From the NCBI GenBank assembly GCA_951406725.2, contig OX597837.1:47120001-47184000 (forward strand): a DNA stretch of 64,000 nt. The letters are read 5' to 3'. The position numbers and the translations under genes are program-made. Source of the DNA: Octopus vulgaris. Its lineage: Eukaryota. Under the pieces are notes generated by a model, which worked only from the letters and a program-made list of their open reading frames with translations, was not told the origin of the DNA and made no database searches. Of the stretch, positions 26,965-39,029 are shown in pieces; the stretch's first letter is position 1, and each line of letters begins with the position of its first letter.

Positions 26965-27420
26965 GGTAACAGTGCCGGTGGCACGTGGCACACAAGAAAA
27001 CCATCCGAACGTGGCCGTAGCCAGTACCGCATCGACTGGCCTCCGTGCTGTGGGCACGTAACAAACACCATCCGATCGTGGCCGTTTGCCAGCCTCATCT
27101 GGCACCTGTGTCGGTGGCACATAAAAACACCATCCGAGCGTGGCCGTCTGCCAGCCTCGTCTGGCACCTGTGTCGGTGGCACATAAAAAACACCATCCGA
27201 GCGTGGCCGTTTGCCAGCCTCGTCTGGCACCTGTGTCGGTGGCACATAAAATCACCCACTACACTCTCGGAGTGGTTGGCGTTAGGAAGGGCATCCAGCT
27301 GTAGAAACACTGCCAGATCTGACTGGACTGGTGCAGCTTTCGGGCTCCCCAGACCCCAGTTGAACCGTCCAACCCATGCTAGCATGGAAAGCGGACGTTA
27401 AATGAAGATGATGATGAGAT
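26965..27420 (+). mobile_element. RTE 3' tail copy with internal tandem array of about 62-bp units
   Basis: Three near-identical units CCATCCGAGCGTGGCCGTTTGCCAGCCTCGTCTGGCACCTGTGTCGGTGGCACATAAAAACA plus diverged units; ends in (GAT)n. Confidence 0.8.
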
Positions 27421-27695
27421 GATGATATATATATATGTATGTATATATATATATATAAATATAAAGATATATATATATATAAAGATTCAGTTGAATGACA
27501 TGCTGAAGTTGAGGCCCCAAGTCAGTCTGATGTGGTCCATGCAGCTTAGATTAATAAAAAGCAAATAAATAACAAGGATGTCCAGGTATCAGTGCATTAC
27601 GGCCGTTTCAAGCAGCTCCATTTAATCGATCAATGGAAACATTAATTTGAAATAAGTCGCTCCCCTTGGACACAGACATACACATGTGTGTGTGC

Positions 27696-27738
<43 letters not shown>

Positions 27739-28244
27739 TATATATATGGATCAGTGCACTTTGATTCAAATGCCTTGGTACTCTGAGTTTCAAGCATGTT
27801 GCTAGTCTTTGGCCATTGGAGTCTGAATGAGAGTTTGATTGAAGAGAGTCAATGTTTACTTCTGAACATATATGCATACAGTAGGCTTCATTCAGTTTCT
27901 ATCTACCAATTCCACTCACAAGGCTTTGGTCAGCCTGAGACTATAATAGCAGACACTTGCCCAAGTTGCCATGCAGTGGGACTGAACCCAGAACCATATG
28001 GTTGGGAAGCAAGCTTCTTACCACACGGCTATGCTTGTGCCTATACATACATATCATAGGCTTCCTCACAGTTTTTGTCTACCAAATTCTCTCAGACATC
28101 TGCTTGCCTGTAGATTTGGTATGACTGTGTAGTTAAGAAGTGCACATTGTAACCATATGGTTTCGGTCTCACTGTCTTTGGCAAGTGTCCTCTGCTATGG
28201 TTCTGAATTGGCCAAAACATTGTGAGTGGAATTGGTTGATGGAG

Positions 28245-28670
28245 CACCATCTGTCCAGATCAATGGATGCTTGAATTTCAAAACAGTTATCTTCTCATTA
28301 ACCTTGAACACTGGGAAGAGAGAAACAACTTTCATCTCTGAACCACCCTGCTTTGTTTACACAGTTCTGTCTGCAGTGAGAATTCTCCCTCATAAAATGC
28401 AACGAATGGCCTTCTTTTGGGTGTGAAAATGTCTCAAACATATTTGAACTGGTAACAAGTTTCTATTTCAATAACCCACTACTTACCTCTCCTTCATAGA
28501 CATTCTTACAAAATCAAAAAACAGCACAGCTCTCGTGACTTCCAGAAACATTATTTCACGCTCAGAGTTGCTGAAGCGTGGAATTCACTACCTGCATCAG
28601 TTGTTATCTCTCGAGACATTACATCTTTCAAAACTTCCATGCTTCCTGAAATTCACCAACAGTACACCCT
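28245..28670 (+). mobile_element. CR1-type LINE 3' end remnant
   Basis: HYFTLRVAEAWNSLPASVV..SFKT motif; a homologous copy lies on the - strand at about 38750-39030. Confidence 0.7.
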
Positions 28671-29534
28671 GTGTCAGTCATTAGACTGTGGCCATGATGG
28701 AGCACTACCTTGAAGAATTCTTAGTCGCATGAACCGACCCCTGTCTTTGTATTTTTTTAAGCTTGTTATTTATTCTATCAGTCTCATCTGCCAAACTGCT
28801 AAGTTATGGAGATGTAAAGACACAAACATTGTTTGTCAAGTGGTGGTTGGGGTGACAAACACAAAGTTACCCTTACACACACAGACGACAGGCTTTTTCC
28901 AGTTTCCATCTGCCAAATCCACTCACAAGACTTTGATCGGCCCAATGCTATAGTAGAAGACACTTGGAACTGAACCTGGAACCGTGTGGTTGGGAAACAG
29001 ACTTCTTACCACACAGCTATATCTGTGTCTGTATGTAAATTTAATTGTTGAAAGGCATTCCCTGAACACAACTAGAGATATAGTAGTTATTACAGAAGCA
29101 TATTTAGCCAATGACCAAACATGGAGATAAGGATTATCTTTCCTTGCAAATCTTTCAGCAAATCTTGCATCAGTTTTTTTCCCAAGTTTTAAGGATATTA
29201 ATGGAAGAAGGTCATAGGTCATACGTAACTCTGTTTAGTTTTGTTATTTTATATTTGTTCTGTTGAACCCTTTTAATACCAACCTACCCAAGTCTGCCCC
29301 TGGTTTTATAATACAAAACCTACCTTTTTTTAAGTGATCAACATTAAGCCTTTCATCATATTTTTATTTTAATTTATTCTCTAAACACCAGCATGAAAAC
29401 GAGTAAATTATTTTATGAAATTAGTCATTATTTCCCAAACTTAATTAAAACAAAACTAGAATAGATCTGCAGAAATATGGTAATAATTTTTAGTGTTTAT
29501 CTTATATTTTTACATCTTTTCTCTATTTTTACAG

Positions 29535-29820
29535 CCATTGCATCTGTTGTTGTTATCATCACAGCCTTAACCGCGACAATCACCAATTTCCCCTGATCAA
29601 CTCCCTGGCTCAAATCATCCTGCAGCTGATTCTATCTCATCAACTTTGCATCTTTTGTTGTTATGTGAAAGGATGAAGGGGGGGAACTTTTGTCATTTGT
29701 TTGTTAAATACTGACATTTTTGTTGATTTTCTTTTTTTTTTTTTTGGAAAGGGAAGGAGTACTTTTTAAATCTTGTCCTCTCTCTCTCTGTCTATCTGAC
29801 TCTATATATGTTTGTGAGTG

Positions 29821-29872
<52 letters not shown>

Positions 29873-30719
29873 ATATAATGTATAAGAAGAGTGTTGTAGC
29901 CTGCTTGAAGCATTGTGATACAGAGGTGAAATAACAAAGTAATGAAGATGGAGTGTTTCTGACAGTGTGAAAAGGGAAAAGTTTAATAATCTTTTATGTA
30001 TGAGTTACAAAAGCTCATCCTCAGAAGTAAACGGTCAGAAAATGTGAGTCTTGGCCAGTACTGTATAAACTCATTGCTTTACTCTGTCCACTTCTGATGC
30101 AGGGTCATCGTGCCCGAAATATATATATTTACTAACTTCTCTCTTTTTGCATAAGAAGCTCTTTGTCTTCATTACGTTGTGTTATATACATATATACATA
30201 CATTCATGAATGTATATATATTCATAAATATACATTCTTGTATATAATTACTGTATATTCTTAAACACATTTTTACAATCCCACAAATAATTTTATGATT
30301 CTGTTTAAAAATTCCAAATCCATACATATTCTCTGATGAAGGAAATGTGAATTACCAAAGTTCAAAAGGTCTGACCTACACACTTCTTTGCACATTCCCA
30401 GAAACGGCCGTAAGACTCTTTCTATTTATTGGATTCATTTGAGGACTTCTCTTTTGGGACTATTGTGAACTGTTATCTCATCAGCTTGAACTTCTTAACT
30501 TATCTGTATGTATTTATGCAATTATCCAACTTTGATTTGGGCATGGAATTACACTATTATATGTATATATATATGTTTTTTTATGTTATGTGTTTGCATG
30601 CTTATAACGGCTTATATGTGCCCTCTGTGTTTAGATATATGTCGGCTTTCACGAGGAGCATTATTGACCTTGGAACTTGTCTCTTTCAAATTAATCCTTT
30701 AATCTAATTGCTCAATAAA
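29535..30719 (+). other. probable terminal (3'-UTR) exon of the Rab-like gene; 3' end uncertain
   Basis: Long pyrimidine tract and TTTTACAG acceptor at 29534 would pair with the donor directly after the stop codon. The first AATAAA seen downstream is at 30714-30719; others lie near 31900 and 33930-34040. Confidence 0.5.
30330..30415 (+). ncRNA. type I hammerhead ribozyme-like motif with intact catalytic core
   Basis: TCT-CTGATGA(30333-39), helix II GGAAATGTG/CACATTCCC, GAAA(30401-04), C-GGCC-GTA(30410-12), AGA. Helix III is the palindrome ACGGCCGT. Confidence 0.6.
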
Positions 30720-30774
30720 TTGAGCCCTGTGCTGTTGCTTCTTGGAAAAAGTTCACCTCTATAATTTTTCACTG

Positions 30775-30826
<52 letters not shown>

Positions 30827-30848
30827 TATATCTCTGTGTGTGTGTGTG

Positions 30849-30881
<33 letters not shown>

Positions 30882-30883
<2 letters not shown>

Positions 30884-30940
30884 GAGGCGCAATGGCGCAT
30901 TGTGACCAGCGATGTGTAGCAACATCTGATAGCCTGGTCA
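30882..30940 (+). mobile_element. internally deleted mini-copy of the SINE at 17186-17486
   Basis: 5' GGAGGCGCAATGG joined directly to the 3' end CGCATTGTGACCAGC..CTGGTC, embedded in (TA)n. Confidence 0.7.
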
Positions 30941-31254
30941 TATATATATATATGCAGTTACAAGCGATTGATAAAGTTGTTTGGTTTTCACTTATAAGGT
31001 TTGGTGCCATTGTGAGATCTCTTGGGAAAGTGTCTTTTGCTGCCACAGCTTCAGATGGATCTGGTCTGTGCCTGTCTATCAAAGAACCAATTTTTGTTGC
31101 ATACTGTCACACATTTTACTTGATGATTCTGCTTAAGAATTTACTTTAAAAATAGAAGTGTCTACGAGATACTCAACCACATACATTATAGCTCTGTTCA
31201 TTGAACTACAATACTCAACATGGAAACTAATGAAGATTGATTTATTTTGTGTGT

Positions 31255-31710
31255 GTATCAAAAACTTCCTGGATTATTTCTGTAGTGTGCCAACAGATGG
31301 CAGCACATGGTTGTGTGCAAAGTGAGAGCTAGCAGTAACCTTCATGAGGCAGTGTGCCAAGTGACATTGCCGTGTTTACTGTGCAAGTTGTGGAATTTGT
31401 GTTTTTGTGATCATGCGTATGCTTTAGTCTGTGATTTTTGTCATGGACAGGAAGCTGGAACAAAGAGCCAATGTGAAATTTTGCATTAAATTTGGGAAGT
31501 CTTCTACAGAGACATTGAGCCTGCTTTGGCAAGCTTACAGTGACAAGGCAATGGGTCATACACGATGTTTTGAGTGGTTTGGGTGCTTCAAAAGTGGAAG
31601 AATGTCCCTGGAAGATGATGAGTGATCTGAAATACCTACCACAAGCGTCACCCCCGGAAATGTGATATTGTGCATTGAGAATTCATACCCCAGGGCCAGA
31701 CCATCAACTA
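31255..31710 (+). mobile_element. mariner transposon remnant, 5' part
   Basis: MDRKLEQRANVKFCIKFGKSSTETLSLL..FEWF..FKSGRMSLEDDE helix-turn-helix region, then EFIPQGQTIN after an internal deletion. Confidence 0.85.
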
Positions 31711-32799
31711 AGTATGCCATTCTGTTTGAAAGTTGTAAAGTTTATTTAAACATTACGGGACTTTATAGCTAATCTCATAATAATTTATTGCATAAAATGT
31801 CTATTTAAATACTTTTTGTTTTGTATTATATTTACATATTCTTTCTTCATTAAAAACTGCTACCTTCGCATTTTCTTCCAATGTTTTTACAGAAAATGAG
31901 GTTGAATAAATAAGTTCTATCCCTTCTGTTGTGGCCTCTCTGCCAACATTGGAGGAAATTATTTCTTTTTCTCTTTTGCATTTTGTACTTTGTTAAAGAT
32001 GGCAGAATCATTCGAGTTCTTGACAAAAGTCTTTGCAGTATTCTGCTGATTTTAAAATGCTGTGTTCAACTCCTGCCAAGGTTAACTTTACTTTTCCGCC
32101 TTTTTGGAATCAATAATGTAAAGTATCTGTAGGTACAGGGGTCCATAGAATTGACTAACTTCTTTCTTTTCAAAATTGCTGGCCTTGTGCCAAAATTAGA
32201 AACTGTTGTTCAGAATCATTAGCAGACTGGGCAAAAGGCTCAGCAACGTTTTGTTTGTCTTCACATTCTGAGTTCAAATTCCATTGAGGTCAATCTTGCC
32301 TTTCACCCCTTCAGGGTCGATAAAATAATTACCAGTTGAACACTGGGGTCAATATAATTGACTTGCCCCCTTGTGCCTATAGTAGAAAGGATTATTATAA
32401 TATTCAAGGCAGGGAGAAGGCCAAATCATTTCCATGTTGGATAAAATGCTTAGCGGTGTTTCGTCTGTTTTTATGTTCTGAGTTCAAATTCTGCTGGGGT
32501 CAATTTTGCCTTTCATAATTTCAGGGTCAACAAAACAAATAAGTAACAGTTGAGTACTGGGGTCGATGTAATTGACTAACCTCCTCCCCCAAATTTCAGG
32601 CCTAGTACAAAGGATTATTATTATTATTATTATTATGAAGAGTGTTATAATTGGCTGAGCATTAGGCAAAATACCTCACTGTATTTTGTCTCAATTCCTT
32701 AAATTCTAAGTTCAAATCTTGCCAAGGTCAATATTTTGCCTTTCATGTTTCTAAATTCTAATAAACTACACTCTTCCCTAAAATTTGATCTCTTCCACC

Positions 32800-33027
32800 T
32801 TGGCGAAAGCGACTGGATCTGTGGAACACAAAGAACTGGATTCTTCACAATGACAATGTACCCTGTCACTGAGCTCTCCTTACTCCTGATTTTCTCACCA
32901 AAAGCAACATGTTATCTATTCTGCACCTGTGGACTTCCATCTCTTCCTCAATATAAAAATGTAGCTCAAAGGGCACTGTTTTAAAACTGTTCTTGAGATC
33001 CACAGTAAATCACAGAAGGTCCTTGAT
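32800..33027 (+). mobile_element. mariner transposon remnant, 3' part
   Basis: WILHNDNVPCH and DFHLF..LKG..F motifs; probably continues the element at 31255-31710. Confidence 0.7.
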
Positions 33028-33402
33028 TTTGTTATATGCCACCAGCATGGGTGCCATTGACCTTACAACATTATTTGCACATCCCCTGAACTGTGCCTGC
33101 CTTACAGTATTTAGTTTCACCCCCCCTTCTGTTATTATTTCAAATCTTTTAAACTCTCTACAGGGTGGGGAAGGGGACAAGTTGGTAGAATCGTTAGCAT
33201 ATCACACAAAATGCTTAGTGGCCTTTTTTTTCCAACTCTTTATACTTTGAGTTCAAATCCAGAGTTGATTAAATAAAGTACCAGTCAGTCCTGGGTTGAT
33301 GCCATTAACTTACCCCTGCCCTCAAAATTGTTGGCCTTGAATCCTGCGAGGGACAGGCTTTCCCATTCAGAGAGTATCGGTTGTTGTGATCTTGGTTGCT
33401 TA

Positions 33403-33416
33403 GTTGCTATGGAAAC
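33403..33416. promoter_or_regulatory. RFX X-box-like site
   Basis: GTTGCTATGGAAAC matches the 14-bp X-box consensus; lies in non-repetitive-looking sequence. Confidence 0.45.
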
Positions 33417-34124
33417 TGAGTAACTGGACTTCTGAGTCCTTAGGCGGCTCTACAACAACAACAACAAAAAAAATAAAAGGTGAAGAGGGAGAGTGAGAGG
33501 GTCAACGAAAGTAAGATACTTATTAGCGACAGAAGCAGTATTAATACCGGGAGGTACTATTTATCCCTACTTAAACCTGGATGTGACAGACACCTTGAGA
33601 GAAACCCTCGTATTGGCATTTCGGTGCAAAATACACTTTTGTTTCTATCGCTGATGGGGAGATAGCATCATTATTGATATCAGAACTGACTCAGTTGGTA
33701 AACAAAATACCTTGTGGTATCTAGTCCAGTTCCTCTATGTTCTCAGTTCAAATCCCTTTCTCTCATCTGTTTTGATGTCAATAAATTCATAATTATCGAC
33801 ATCATCGTTATCATTAATCTTCATCAGCAACAGCTCTGTTCAATCTACAACTCTAATTGATTTAAATAGACATTCCTCTTTGTTTATTTATAATTTTTTC
33901 TTTTCTTTTTTCTGCATGGCTGTTAAAAATAAATGAAGCAATATTAACAAAAATATGTTTTAAAAAAAGTTACAAAAAATAGAAAACCAGAAAAAATATT
34001 TTTTGAAAATAAAACCTTATAGATCTTTACATTATTAATAAAACATTTTTATATTTTTACTTTACATTGACTTCTGGTTTTATTTTTTGTTTCCCTTATA
34101 TTTAAATTTTCACCTATTTGATCC

Positions 34125-34855
34125 TGTAGCGGCTCAAGCAGTCAGCGCCATATTGGACGAGATCTCACGGCACCCATTGTCATCTCTGAGACTGGAGCAA
34201 GACCTCACCTGCATCCATTTGCCATGCACAAGATCACAACGAGGCTCGCGATGGCAAACTGTATATAAGGGCAAAACAGAAACAGGTTCAGTCTCTCTTT
34301 CCGCCTCTTAGAAGTAGCACTGGCTGAGCGCATTCCATGGCTGGGCCTGTCTGTATGTCATACCTCCAGAGGCAATGCACCTGCACTAACGGAGCGACTA
34401 CACAACGCACACAGCTAAAGATGGTTGCTGAGAGCAGCACACTTCACCTATCCTGCGAAACCTGTAAATAAACCGGTTGTAAATTGCATTTGTACTTGAG
34501 GTCTTCTCTCTTCGCCTGAACCACACGAAGAACAAAAAGAGATAATGGAGGAAGGCGATATTCTCCCGATATCGTAAACCTTGCTATCCATTATAAAATG
34601 GTGACCCCCGACGTAGAAAAGGTTCTCGGCAGCCACAAGCTTTATCGTATAGATTCCTCAACCAAATAATAGACTGGCGGTTTTCACTCGCTTCCAACTG
34701 GTAAACACATCAATGGCCACGACTCCAGGCATCCATCAACTTCTGGCAATCCCCCTATCAACTTCCAGCCATCGTTCCTGCTGCCACATTTGAATTGCCT
34801 CACGTGGAAACAGAATTTTACCGGTCACATGCCACTCTCTGGCGATTTTCTGACA
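34125..34855 (+). mobile_element. LTR retrotransposon 5' end: LTR (about 34125-34595), tRNA-Trp PBS, truncated leader/gag start
   Basis: Starts TGTAG; TATATAA at 34262; AATAAA near 34467; TGGTGACCCCCGACGT at 34599-34614 is complementary to the tRNA-Trp 3' end apart from one extra C; GC/CpG-rich relative to its flanks. Confidence 0.8.
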
Positions 34856-36059
34856 AAAGAAGAAAAAAAAATATATTTATTGGTAGAAGCACACACATAC
34901 CATTACAGTGGGTTTTTTTCGCATTTCTTTTTGTTTTCTTTCAGCCATTGTTGGCTATGGTTCCAATCTCACTTGGCTTGACAGATCTACCCAAGTATAT
35001 TGCCCAGTGTTTCAAGGATGCTTTTTACATGGCATCAGCCATGATCACGATCTCTCTTGATTCGATGGCTCTTCTCAAGCATGGCATATAACGAAATACC
35101 ATTTGTCAGAAACAATAACTCATTTATTTGCGACTTTCTGGCACTTTATTTCAGAATTTCTAATACATATTATAACAAAAGAATCAAATTAAACTGTATT
35201 GTTAGTATTTATTTTAGTTTACAAATAGTTTTCTTTACAACAAAACTTCTCTCTTTCATTTCATCAATTTTTCCCTCTTTCTCTCCCTTGTTAATGTGTT
35301 TCTATAGCAACCGTATTTTCCCATCAAAGCAAATAAATTTATTCGGAAATGTTGAACTTTGCTATTTAATAATGTTTTGTTAGTGTTAGCGTTTTTTTTT
35401 TTTTTTTACAACAGAACTCTTTCTTTTCTTGCTTTTATTCCTTTCAAGTTCAAATCTTTGCCACAAACATTGATTATTTCCCTTCTTATACAATCTGATA
35501 GAATATTCTCCTGAATAATGAACAACTTCTACATTCATAAGATGAATATATTTTAGCTATTTTGTACAAGACCATTAGAGTGATGTCTTTTTGTTAGCAG
35601 TTCAAATTTTACTTGGAATAATCTTTGCTTTTTGATTACAAAAAAAAAAAGTACTAGTCTACTACTACTGAGATTCAGTTTATTTGTTAATAAGATCATC
35701 CCACAAAAATTTGACTTTTGTGACTGTTAGAAATTGTTAATTAAGCTTGATGTCCCAGCTGTGACCATCCCTTTTGACTTTCATACCAAGCATTCTCAGA
35801 CTATTATACAATGTGTCCTTTGTTGTTTTTTTAATAAGATGTAATGATGGAGATTTGACTACAGTTTCTAGCTTGTCAAGCACACTATGTGGAGGCTTCC
35901 TCATTTGGAGGGCAACACCAAATTCCTGACACTCTTTCATTTTCTTCATCTAACATGGAAGTTCAAATCTTGATAGAGGTCACTTTGATTTTCATATTTC
36001 TAGGTGGATGGGTGTATTTTTAAAATAAGCGATAGCAATATGGGGCAGTTCACTACATC

Positions 36060-36199
36060 CAGGGTGTTCAAAAAGTCTCTCCGCACTACACAATGACTGA
36101 GGGTCAATGGCTGAAACGCAGCTGCCCATGCAGTGATGGCCAAGTTGCACAATCGCAGGATGAAAGAATTCACCAAGGAGAGACTTTTTGAACACCGTG
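36060..36199. mobile_element. 140-bp Tc1/mariner-type MITE
   Basis: 23-bp TIRs CAGGGTGTTCAAAAAGTCTCTCC / GGAGAGACTTTTTGAACACCGTG (1 mismatch); TA on the right flank. Confidence 0.85.
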
Positions 36200-37358
36200 T
36201 ATACACTGACTGCATGTTGAATCACAGAAGAGAAATCATCATTATTAGCAGAGATAGACTCATTAAAATGCCAGAAAAACGTCTTACAGTGTTAGCTTCA
36301 CTTTTACATTCTTATTTCTTTACTACCCACAAGGGACTACACACAGACAGGACAAACAAACGGATTAAGTCGATTAGATCGACCCCCCAGTGCGTAACTG
36401 GTACTTATTTAATCAACCCCGAAAGGATGAAAAGCAAAGTCGACCTTGGCGGAATTTGAACTCAGAACGTAGCAGCAGACAAAATACCGCTAAGCATTTC
36501 GCCCGGTGTGCTAACGATTCTGCCAGCTCGCCGCCTTTTTCATCACTACATTCTGAGTTCAAATCTCACTGAAGTCAACATTATCTTGCATTCTTGCAAC
36601 AGTGATGAAAATAAGTTACCTATCAAGAACTGGCATGATGGTATCGACTAATCACCTCCTCTTAAAATGGCTGGCTCTTGTGTCATCCTCAGGTGAAGCA
36701 TGCTCAGACATTTTAAACCCGTGCATGCCATCCATTTCAGTCCAGTCGAGGGAGGTCTTCAGGGAGGCATCCAGAATCTCTGCTGAGATGATCTACATAT
36801 GTTGTGTTTGGACAACCTTGCTTAAGTACACAGGCCATGCTTGGTTGTACTTTGTTGTGCTTAGATTAGGGGTTATTATTAAGGTGGTGACATGGCAGAA
36901 TCGTTAGCATGCCAGGTGAACTTTGCCTTTCATCCTTTCGGGGTCAATAGATTAAGTACCAGTGAAACACTGGGGTTGATGTAATCGACTGTCCCCACTC
37001 CTCCAAAATTTCAGGCCTTGTGCCTATAGTAGAAAGGATTATTATCATTATTATTATTATTATATTGTGAAGTCATGGAAACTAGGAGCTCAATAGGTTT
37101 GAAGAGTTTTATCAATCATTTCAATTATTTTGCGATTACTTTCCTTGCTGATATTGTCTAGATCCTGGGGGAAACATTTCTATCCAATTTCGTCCCCTTT
37201 TGCGGGCAGGAGTGCAACTCAGTGGTGTTTATTTTGCGTTTCTTGCAAAAACAGAAATGTCACAATTTTACCAATTTTTAAAAAAATGTTGGCACATGAC
37301 TAAATAATAATAATTGATGGTGAACAGTGTTCTGCCCAACCGAGATCTGAGTTACAGC

Positions 37359-37600
37359 ATAACCATGGCAACAGAACATGATATTAGTAGGAGGGAAGTT
37401 CAAACTGAAATCTATGTAATGGAATTTTGTCTTGTTGCTATGACAACAGCAACACATGCAAAACATACAAGCAGCAGCAACAACAACAACAAACAACTTG
37501 AACAATAACAACAAGAATGAAAACAACAAGGCTAAGAGAGAGAATTAGCATCATAAATGAAGTGAACTACAGCAAAAGCAACCACAGTTGCTATAGCAAC
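37359..37600. promoter_or_regulatory. cluster of three RFX X-box-like sites (candidate promoter/enhancer)
   Basis: ATAACCATGGCAAC 37359-72, GTTGCTATGACAAC 37434-47, perfect palindrome GTTGCTATAGCAAC 37587-600. Confidence 0.5.
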
Positions 37601-39029
37601 AAAAGCTGTGTGCAAAACAACAATAAAAAAAAAACCCCAAACAACAACTCTTTATCTTTTTCAAGGGTAATTAGCTACTGGATCATGCATTCAGTGAAAG
37701 GTAAGGCCCTCCTTACAAAGGGTGGCGAGCTGGCAGAACCGTTAGCACGCCGGGCGAAATGCGTAGCCATATTTCTTCTGCTGTTACATTCTGAGTTCAA
37801 ATTCCGCCGAGGTTGACTTTGTCTTTCATCCTTTCAGGATCGATAAATTAAGTACCAGGTATGCACTGGGGTTGATGTAATCGACTTAATCCGTTTGTCT
37901 GTCCTTGTTTGTCCCCTCTGCATTTAGCCCCTTGTGGGTAGTAAAGAAACAGGTAAGGCCCTCCCGTACAAAACTGATATTGTGAAATCAGGAGTTATGC
38001 CACTTAGTGAGGAGGAAAAACACTAACTGAATGGCAAACAATTATCTGTAAGTGCATTTCTTGGAAGGGGAGGAGACTTGAATTTCTTACTCTGGCAACA
38101 TCCTCATCATTTAACATCTGCTTTCCATGTTGGCATGGGTTCAAGGATTTGACTGAGAACTGGTGTGTCAGGGAGTTGCATCAGATTCCAATCTGATTTG
38201 GTAAGGTTTCTATGGCTGGATGCCCTTCCTAATGCCTACCATTCCAAGAGCATGGTGGATGTTTTTTTATGTGCCACTGGCATGGGTGCCATTGACCTGA
38301 CACCAGCATCAACCATGATTATGGTCTCACTTGGCTTGACAGATCTACTCAAGCATGGTATATTCTTTTGTACTCTAGGTACAAGGCCTGAAATTTTTGG
38401 GGAGGGGCCAGTCGATTAGATCAACCCCAGTAGGCACCTGGTACTTAATTTATCAACTCTGAAAGGATGAAAGATAAAGTCGACCTCAGTGGAATTTGAA
38501 CTCAGAACTTAAAGACAGATGAAATACTGCTAAGCGTTTTGCCTGGTGGGTTAATGTTTCTGCCAGCTTGCCGCCTTTCAAGCACGGTATATTGCCAAAG
38601 GTCACTGCCTCCATGAAGCCCAATGCTCAAATGGTGCTTTTTAAATGGCACTGGCATAGGTGCCAGTCAGATGGCACTAGCATTGGCCACAGCTACGATT
38701 TCATTCGGCTCAACAGGTCTTCACAAGCACAACGTATTGCCCAATGATTATAATAATAATAATAATGAAATTATTGTATACAGTGCTCAGGTGCACCACA
38801 ACTTGTCAGAGTATAGTACAAATGCCTGGAAAGCAAACAATGCATGAGTCAGATACATGCTTGTGTATGTATGGAGGGGAGAAAATCAAGTGTAGTGTTG
38901 GTGAATCTCAGAAAGCATGGAAGTTTTGAAGGATGCAGTGCTCCGACAACTAACAACTGATGCCGGCAGTTTGTTCCATGCTTCAGCAACTCTCAACGTG
39001 AAAAAATGTTTCCTGAAGTCATGGGATTG

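Noticed and set aside
27060-27255. CRISPR-like repeat array
   Set aside because: Units are contiguous without unique spacers, the context is eukaryotic, no cas genes; it is part of an RTE tail.
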